Source: a virus
Lineage: Duplodnaviria; Caudoviricetes
Reading direction: 5' to 3' (one strand)
Length of the DNA stretch: 58,778 nucleotides
IMG/VR virus record: IMGVR_UViG_3300028025_003040
Location: 1 to 58,778 of that record
The translations under genes were made by a program, and so were the position numbers. Shown one piece after another: positions 52,185 to 58,778 of this stretch (position 1 is the first letter of the stretch; every line of letters starts with the position of its first letter). A model generated the notes under the pieces. It did no database searches. It saw nothing but the letters and a program-made list of their open reading frames with translations, and was not told the origin of the DNA.

Positions 52185-54220
52185 TATCGCCACACCACCG
52201 TTCTACCAAACCAGCTTCCAGCTGTTTCAACTGCTGTTGCTGTATGCGCTGCTGCTGTAGTTCCTAGTGCTGCTCTAGATTTAATTCTATATCTTCCAGT
52301 AGGTCTGAAGTATGAAGTTTCTACTGGATTGTTTTGATCTGCATATCCTGGTTCTGATAAGTAGCGATATTTATTAATATCTAAATCAGATTCAATCCAA
52401 ACCAAAACCTGTGCTCCTCCACCTTTAGGAGTATATTGATATTGTATTGCATCAAATTCAAAAATCTCAGAATCTACTAATAGGTATCCAGAAAAATTAT
52501 ATAAAGACTTATCTTGTGTATATGCATCTATTTTTTCAGTCTCTATAATAAATGCATTTGGGTTGGGGTTGGTGGTAGTGTCATTCATTTGAGATAATGT
52601 CGTGGTTGAACTAATTGTATTTTTTAATCCCCCAGCACTTAAATAAAGATCTGGGGACTGCCATAGGGCGGTTGAGTTTCCAATATATTGTGAACTTACT
52701 GGTGTACGCCATCTAATCTTTACCTGATTTGCAGAAACAACTTCTTTTTGAGAAAAGCTTACAATGTTTGGCAAAATAGATCCACTTGGTTCGCTATAGA
52801 AAGTCCATGATGCACTACTTTGTCCGTAAATGTATTCTCTACTTGAAAACTGTAATACCCCGAAGTCATCAAATACTGCGTTCATCTGAATGTCTCTACA
52901 TAGTTCTTGAATGCACTCCCACACCGTTTTGCTATTATCTGACCACCAATAATTAATTTGAGGTATAGATGTATCAACAACCTTGCCTGCAGATTCAACT
53001 AAATTAAAATTATAATCTGTAAATCCTACTGAGTCTAGTAACCTTCTAAATATTGCTGTTACTGGATAGTTCTCACAAAAAATATCTGGTACAAAAGTAT
53101 CCATTAAATACTTTGCTCCGTCTAAAGCGGTTATAGACCAGTCTCCATATTCTGAAATACTCCAGTCATTAATATAATAAGTTCCTTGAGGAACTTTGTC
53201 ATACGATCCAGTTACGGTTACAGCGTTTGAATGATAAATTTTAAAGTAAGGTTTTAGTTCAGCATTTTTTACGGCATAAATAAGTGATGAGTCAAGGCTT
53301 GATGAATACCTATTGTACGGCTGAATTTGCAGAGCTGTCTTATCGTACTTAGAAACACTTAGGTTAATGCTATTTGCAGTGACATACCCAATTGGAATTA
53401 TGTCTGAGCTGCTAGATGATGACTCCTTAGATATAGTTATTACTTCAATATCAGAAGAAAGGTCTTTTACCCATCTTGCAGATACTTCAATTACTCCTAT
53501 AACTTTTCCTCCGCCAGGATTTGTTGCTTCAAGCCTAATTGATTTAATTGATTGAGGTGTTGAATATGTTACTGGCTCTGACAACGTGGTTGTGCTCCAG
53601 TTTGTACCATTCCAATAATGATTAACTAATCCAGTTGATGGTGGCGCAGTATATGTTGTTGTTATCGCAGATCCAGTTTCTGGGGTAACGGTTATTCGGT
53701 ATTGAGTTGGAAGGGCATGATATTTATCAAACTTAACTACAATTTTATTTGCAAGTGCATGCTTGTTTCCAGTAACTGGGCTGCTTGTTTGTTTATATGT
53801 GACTGTAACGTCAGCATTTACGTCTTTTGGCGTAACCCAATATTTATAAAAGGTAGAAACTCCAGGATAATAAACTCTAGGTTTTGTGTTAGAGTACTTT
53901 ACAGATCGATATGATTCAAAACTATTTAATGTTGTGTCTGCATCCAAGGTAATAAAATATTTAACTCCGCCAGAAGTGGGCCTAAATGGTCTAATTATTG
54001 AATCTACAGGAAAAAGTTTTTTAAAAGGATTTAATCTTAATGTTTCGCCAGTTGGACCTACTGTGACACCAGCAATATACTGTGCGTCAGTTGAAGTTGT
54101 GGTTGCAGCAATTCCCTCAATCATTGAGTTCATATTATATTCTATAGTGCAACCTACGTCTGCTTTAATTACTGAACTATTTTTAAATAGGTCTGTAAGA
54201 TTGTTTGATATGTTTATCAT
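52184..54220 (-). CDS. minor tail (hub) protein
   Basis: G.YYI..W, ALDG, WECIQEL...FD.FG.L.F motifs; synteny. Confidence 0.65.
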   Translation of the reverse strand: MINISNNLTDLFKNSSVIKADVGCTIEYNMNSMIEGIAATTTSTDAQYIAGVTVGPTGETLRLNPFKKLFPVDSIIRPFRPTSGGVKYFITLDADTTLNSFESYRSVKYSNTKPRVYYPGVSTFYKYWVTPKDVNADVTVTYKQTSSPVTGNKHALANKIVVKFDKYHALPTQYRITVTPETGSAITTTYTAPPSTGLVNHYWNGTNWSTTTLSEPVTYSTPQSIKSIRLEATNPGGGKVIGVIEVSARWVKDLSSDIEVITISKESSSSSSDIIPIGYVTANSINLSVSKYDKTALQIQPYNRYSSSLDSSLIYAVKNAELKPYFKIYHSNAVTVTGSYDKVPQGTYYINDWSISEYGDWSITALDGAKYLMDTFVPDIFCENYPVTAIFRRLLDSVGFTDYNFNLVESAGKVVDTSIPQINYWWSDNSKTVWECIQELCRDIQMNAVFDDFGVLQFSSREYIYGQSSASWTFYSEPSGSILPNIVSFSQKEVVSANQVKIRWRTPVSSQYIGNSTALWQSPDLYLSAGGLKNTISSTTTLSQMNDTTTNPNPNAFIIETEKIDAYTQDKSLYNFSGYLLVDSEIFEFDAIQYQYTPKGGGAQVLVWIESDLDINKYRYLSEPGYADQNNPVETSYFRPTGRYRIKSRAALGTTAAAHTATAVETAGSWFGRTVVWR

Positions 54221-54690
54221 TATACCTCTTCCATTGAAAGAGATACATTCCATAATTCCTGTGGGGTATCTGAAGTTGCTAGTTTTGCATTACGTTTAAC
54301 CATTTCAAATGAGCAGGATGTAAATATCATTGTATAAGTTTCTGTGGTAGCCCCGCTACCATACTTTACAGTTACATCAAATGTATTTTGACCAGACAAT
54401 GCGCCAGATGTTTTTGCTGCAGCCCCCTCATAAAAAGATTTTAAATCTAATGCTCCGTATCCGCCATCAACTGTAAAAGTTGAATAAGATGGAAGCATGT
54501 TCCACGACATATTTATTGTCATTTTGTCGTCTATATAAAATTTACGCAATGTTCCATTGGTCATTCTAGTAGACTTTTCAATTCTGTTTGGCGTAATAGA
54601 GACAGGCTGCCTATTATGCTCACTTAGTTTTAGTGTAGTATTAAGGTATATTAATGAGCCTATTGGTAGTGCTCCTGGTGTGTATCCCAT
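54220..54690 (-). CDS. distal-tail-like protein
   Basis: Directly after tape measure; R..NGTLR, W..SL..EEV. Confidence 0.6.
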   Translation of the reverse strand: MGYTPGALPIGSLIYLNTTLKLSEHNRQPVSITPNRIEKSTRMTNGTLRKFYIDDKMTINMSWNMLPSYSTFTVDGGYGALDLKSFYEGAAAKTSGALSGQNTFDVTVKYGSGATTETYTMIFTSCSFEMVKRNAKLATSDTPQELWNVSLSMEEV

Positions 54691-57600
54691 TATATTACCA
54701 TCTTTCCTGGTCCAATTTTCTTAGCATCTAATGCAGTTTGTGCATTCATCATTCCAACTGCAAGTCTTGCAATTTCCATTTCGCTTTGTCCTGGTTGAGT
54801 ATTAATCACAAGTCCACCTACTTCATAGTGATGAACTGATCCACCTTTATTATATCCCATCATTGGGCTTACGCCAAGTGACTTTGTAGGAATATTATAT
54901 GTTGTAGCAAGTCCGCCCATTGCCATTTTATTTATACTATCAAGCATTGGTGTTCCTATTGCCTGAACTGATGACGCTCTAATTACATATTCGCCATTAG
55001 AAAGCATTGCTGGGATAGAGTCTGATGTTCCAGTTCCTGGGCCTGAAACTTTTCCACCTGGCTCATAATGTTTAACCTGTCCACCCATTGCATATTTAAC
55101 TTCCTTTACAGTTGGAATTCCAGATGTATTTTCAACAGTGTATTCTTTACCCTTATAAGTAAACGACTCTCCTTTTTTAAGACCTTCTCCCTTAATAAGT
55201 TTTGCTAGGTTGTCGGTATTTGCCCAGGTTCTAGGATCGAATCTATTAAAATTAATATTACCGTAATCTTTGCTAACATTTTTTGAAAATGCAGGAATGT
55301 CTTTTAGTTTAGCTACCCATGTTCCAAATGTTGCTACGTCTCCACCAAATTGCTTAAAGTATTTTTCTGCATTTTTATTATTTTCTTCTGTTAACTTCGC
55401 TAGTTGTCCAGCCCAATCTTGCTTAGGGCCAGCCCCTGGAGCAATTCCGCTTTGTGCTGAATATGCTGGTGTCATTGACTTTGCTGCTTTTGCTCCTTCT
55501 GGACCTATCTGAGCAAGTGCTGCTACATCTGACTTAAAAGCTTGTGACAAAGCTTCAAATTCTTTTGAGCCCTTTTCATATCTTCCAGCTTGTGTAATAG
55601 TATTAGAAATACTTGTTTGAAGCATTTGAATTTTTGCGTATTTTTCTGCTGAGGCTGCGGCTTTTTCTGCTGCGGCTGCGGCTCTTTTTTGTGCAGCAGC
55701 AATGCTTTCTTGAATCTTAAGTTTCTTTTCTTCAAGTGCATTAACTTCTTGCTTTTCTTTAGCATCAATTGCAGCCATTGCTCGTTTCTTTTGGTCTTCA
55801 ATTGTAAGTTGTCTAATATTAAGCTGTGCTTGTGCAGCATCTGACATGTTACCAGAAGCAAGAGCATCTGCATATTTAATTTTTTCTTTTTGAATCTGAA
55901 CAAGGAAGCTTTCTTGGTCTGCTTCATCTTCAAGAGCTTTTCTTCTTGCATCAGCAGCTTCTTGAATCTTTTTGATTTTTTTATCAATGGCTTTAATTTC
56001 TTCATCGCCATTTCTTTGTGCAGCTTTTGCGGCTTTTTCTGCTGCGGCTTTGTCTGAGTCAGCCTGTGCTTTTAACGCAGCTCCAGAAACTGCCAATTGT
56101 TTCAACGAATTATCAGCAAGATTAACATTTGTAGCCATATCTTTTGCTGAAGACTCTAGAGCTGTCATAACATTTAATAAATTCTTTGCTGCTTCTCCGC
56201 TTAGTTTGCGTAAATCTCCAGTAATGCCTTTTGTGTAAAGCTGAATCTTTGCCCAAGAATCTCCTAGCGTGTCTGTAGAACTAATTATGGCTCTTAAGGC
56301 TGGATTTTCTTTAATTAAAGTGTTATAGGTTTCTTCTGATATCTGCTTTCTATCTCCGCCAAGCTCTTTTATTTTATCCATGGTTAATTCTAATGCTTTT
56401 GTTTCTGTAATCAGCTTTCCAGTTTCGTCATTTGTGCCAACTAATGACTTGTAGTATGAAGTTATGCTATCCATGCTAGATTCAAATGCTGCCGCTAATT
56501 CTTTTTTATCCGCCCCCGATAAAACAGCTTGATCAAAATTTGCAATTGCTTGTTTTGCTGCTGTTGTTTTATCTACAATATCCATAAAAGATTTAGATGA
56601 AATTGCTGCAACCGCTTGGCTTGCTTTATTAGATACGCTAATTATTCCAAATATTTCTTTTGCGGCATCTGATGCTGACTTGCCAGCTGCTACCAGCTGA
56701 ACCTTTAATGCCGTTGCTGCTGCAATTACATCTTCAGAGTTCATGTTATTAAACATTTCAACAACAGATCCTTGTGTTTCCTTTGCTTTCTTTTGAAGAG
56801 CATCAAGTTCTTTTACAGTCATAAATAGACCGCCGCCTACTTGATTTGCAGTTGCTGATTTTGCTAGCAAGAGTTCTCTTTCTTTTCTAGCTTTTGTTAA
56901 TGCATTGGTTAGTGTGTCTCCAAGATTTGTATAAGATATTCCAAGCTCTTTGGCTTCTTTTGAATTTACCTTTAATGCTTCTTGTGATGCAAGACGTGCT
57001 TTTCTTGCGTTATCCCACATCTTAAACAGGGCTACTCCAGCACCCGCTACTGCAACAGCTAACGCTGTGTACGGGTTACCTACGGCAACCTTTGCAAGAC
57101 CTTGAAGAACAACTCTTGCTCCACCACCAGCCTTAGCAACTGCTCCAAATCCTTTAACAACGGCCATAATTCTATTAAGTATTGCTGGTCCAGCAATCAT
57201 TCCTACCAATGATCCCATGTCTCCAGCATATTTTTGTCCGACCATTGATCCAGCAATTGAGCCACCTACGCCAGTAACCATACCAGACCCAGCCACACGA
57301 GATAGCCCAGATCTAACTCTATTTGGCTTTTCTTCTCCTACTGCAACAACGCCTTCTTGGAATCCTTCAATTTTTCCGCCAGCATTTATAAATGCAATTG
57401 CGCCTTCATTTCCAGCTGTTGCTGTTTTTGTTACAACAGATTCTCCTGGTTCAAGAAGTGCTGGGATAATGTCTCCTCCGCCGTATCCTGGTACTTTTGT
57501 AACTCCCTTTTCAAATGGTGTTGGCTCAAGATTACCACGTCCCCAAAACGGATCATTAGAGTTAGCAGATGCAGATTTTTGTCTCATCATTGGGTGAAAT

Positions 57601-58778
57601 GCTGATCTTAGTCCTCTTACTGATGCTTGATTAAGCATATCCCCAAAAACATTTTCTGTAATTGGTCCTTTATGAGATGCAATTTTTGCATTTAAAACTT
57701 CAGCTGCATTATTAGCAATGCGGTTGGCTGAATGTACATCTACACCTTGTTCTTTTAAGAAATATTTAAGGCTTACCATGTCATCGCCAGTAACTGGTGC
57801 CCAATCGGCAGAAGTAGCCTTACCCTTATTTAAATTTTTATTAAATCCTTCTCTATTTTTAACAAACTGTGTTGGGAGAACTTGTACATAAGGCTTGTCT
57901 GTTTTGCCAGTAAGACTCATAGATGACAATTGATTTCCTGGAATCATTGGAGCAGATTGACCTGGGAGAGTCTCTAGATTCTTTGTTCTTTCTCTAAATG
58001 CTTTTCCAGCTCCATGAATAAGAACTTGGTTGTCATCTTTTACTCCAGCTTTTGTTGGAGTAATTCCATATTTAATTATGTCTGGGTCTTTGTATAGATC
58101 ACCTTCTCTTTTAGAGAATTCCCTAAATGTCTTACCAGCTCCTTCTTCAACATGTGCCGCAGTGCTCATTCCTCTGCTCTTTGATGTTAAACGCTCACCT
58201 CTTTGTGCAGCTAAATACCTATCAGCCTGCCCCTTTGAAGGTACTCTTGATCCGCCTATCCTGCCTGATTGTTTTGAAAATTCTCTTAGTAGTTTTGCTG
58301 CTGCTTTTGCTCTAGATAAATTTGCAAATTTTGGAAGTTTTGCACCTACTCCAACAACCCCACCAGCAAATCTTTTTGGTCTAGTTGTTTCTGTGCTGTA
58401 CGGGGCACCAAATGTTTTTACTCCGAGACCTTGTGCAATTCTTGTAAACAGCCCTCTATTTCTTGGTCTAAACAATTCTTTCATGTTTGACTTACCTGTG
58501 CCTGGGTCTACGATTGGTTGTCCCGTTAAAGGAATCATTGAAAGATTCGCTGTGCGGCCCTGTGTTTGTGCAACGGAAGAAACTGTTTGTGCAATCATAG
58601 ATTCAATCTGTGCGTTGAGTGCTACAATTTTAGCTCTTGCCTGATCAAGGTTAATCTTTCCTGCTTGCAACTGACTTACGATAGCAGCTGATTGTTGGGC
58701 TGCTCCGCCAGTAATTTTGCTTATTTCTGGTAATAGGGCCTGGTATGATCCAGATAATTCATTTGTAATATAGCCTGT
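54690..58778 (-). CDS. tape measure protein (5' end beyond window)
   Basis: More than 1300 aa, Ala/Gly-rich helical; GPGTGTSDSIPAMLSNGEYV and GGGDIIPALLEPGE motifs. Confidence 0.85.
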   Translation of the reverse strand, partial: TGYITNELSGSYQALLPEISKITGGAAQQSAAIVSQLQAGKINLDQARAKIVALNAQIESMIAQTVSSVAQTQGRTANLSMIPLTGQPIVDPGTGKSNMKELFRPRNRGLFTRIAQGLGVKTFGAPYSTETTRPKRFAGGVVGVGAKLPKFANLSRAKAAAKLLREFSKQSGRIGGSRVPSKGQADRYLAAQRGERLTSKSRGMSTAAHVEEGAGKTFREFSKREGDLYKDPDIIKYGITPTKAGVKDDNQVLIHGAGKAFRERTKNLETLPGQSAPMIPGNQLSSMSLTGKTDKPYVQVLPTQFVKNREGFNKNLNKGKATSADWAPVTGDDMVSLKYFLKEQGVDVHSANRIANNAAEVLNAKIASHKGPITENVFGDMLNQASVRGLRSAFHPMMRQKSASANSNDPFWGRGNLEPTPFEKGVTKVPGYGGGDIIPALLEPGESVVTKTATAGNEGAIAFINAGGKIEGFQEGVVAVGEEKPNRVRSGLSRVAGSGMVTGVGGSIAGSMVGQKYAGDMGSLVGMIAGPAILNRIMAVVKGFGAVAKAGGGARVVLQGLAKVAVGNPYTALAVAVAGAGVALFKMWDNARKARLASQEALKVNSKEAKELGISYTNLGDTLTNALTKARKERELLLAKSATANQVGGGLFMTVKELDALQKKAKETQGSVVEMFNNMNSEDVIAAATALKVQLVAAGKSASDAAKEIFGIISVSNKASQAVAAISSKSFMDIVDKTTAAKQAIANFDQAVLSGADKKELAAAFESSMDSITSYYKSLVGTNDETGKLITETKALELTMDKIKELGGDRKQISEETYNTLIKENPALRAIISSTDTLGDSWAKIQLYTKGITGDLRKLSGEAAKNLLNVMTALESSAKDMATNVNLADNSLKQLAVSGAALKAQADSDKAAAEKAAKAAQRNGDEEIKAIDKKIKKIQEAADARRKALEDEADQESFLVQIQKEKIKYADALASGNMSDAAQAQLNIRQLTIEDQKKRAMAAIDAKEKQEVNALEEKKLKIQESIAAAQKRAAAAAEKAAASAEKYAKIQMLQTSISNTITQAGRYEKGSKEFEALSQAFKSDVAALAQIGPEGAKAAKSMTPAYSAQSGIAPGAGPKQDWAGQLAKLTEENNKNAEKYFKQFGGDVATFGTWVAKLKDIPAFSKNVSKDYGNINFNRFDPRTWANTDNLAKLIKGEGLKKGESFTYKGKEYTVENTSGIPTVKEVKYAMGGQVKHYEPGGKVSGPGTGTSDSIPAMLSNGEYVIRASSVQAIGTPMLDSINKMAMGGLATTYNIPTKSLGVSPMMGYNKGGSVHHYEVGGLVINTQPGQSEMEIARLAVGMMNAQTALDAKKIGPGKMVI

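Noticed and set aside
1-58778. Stop-codon recoding, reverse transcriptase/DGR or integrase
   Set aside because: Long genes read through intact in the standard code, all three stops are used, there is no suppressor tRNA, and no RT or recombinase motifs were seen in this window.

Overview
This 58.8 kb window is part of an AT-rich dsDNA tailed phage genome. The host is inferred to be an actinobacterium from WhiB, an Lsr2-type mini-protein, GAAAGG Shine-Dalgarno (SD) sites and actinobacterial promoter motifs. It has two convergent arms. (1) Positions 1-11.85 kb, + strand: a dense cassette of about 40 small, probably early genes (gp88-like, DUF932, DUF1281-like, Lsr2 DNA-binding domain, tRNA-Asp). 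(2) Positions 12.4-58.8 kb, - strand: tail genes with a partial tape measure; replication and recombination genes (DnaB, primase, SSB, DnaE, RecA, Cas4-like nuclease, RuvC); glycosylation genes; terminase; five tRNAs; Hsp20; a nuclease; a lysis cassette; WhiB; proteases; thioredoxin; GroES; and exported proteins. No capsid, portal, integrase or CRISPR array is visible. The most striking content is non-coding and confined to the + arm. It includes 14 promoters matching the actinobacterial PafBC/RecA-NDp DNA-damage motif and nine copies of a fixed-spacing tripartite element (TTGNGGG-N13-TTACG-N15/16-CCCTGRAA). DnaA boxes, CRP-type sites and GACAC (WhiA-type) boxes sit in or beside that element. 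A candidate ~130-nt sRNA carries an exact antisense to the extended SD of the + arm genes, and a covarying RNA pseudoknot occurs three times. Protein calls rest on motif recognition by eye; no searches were run.
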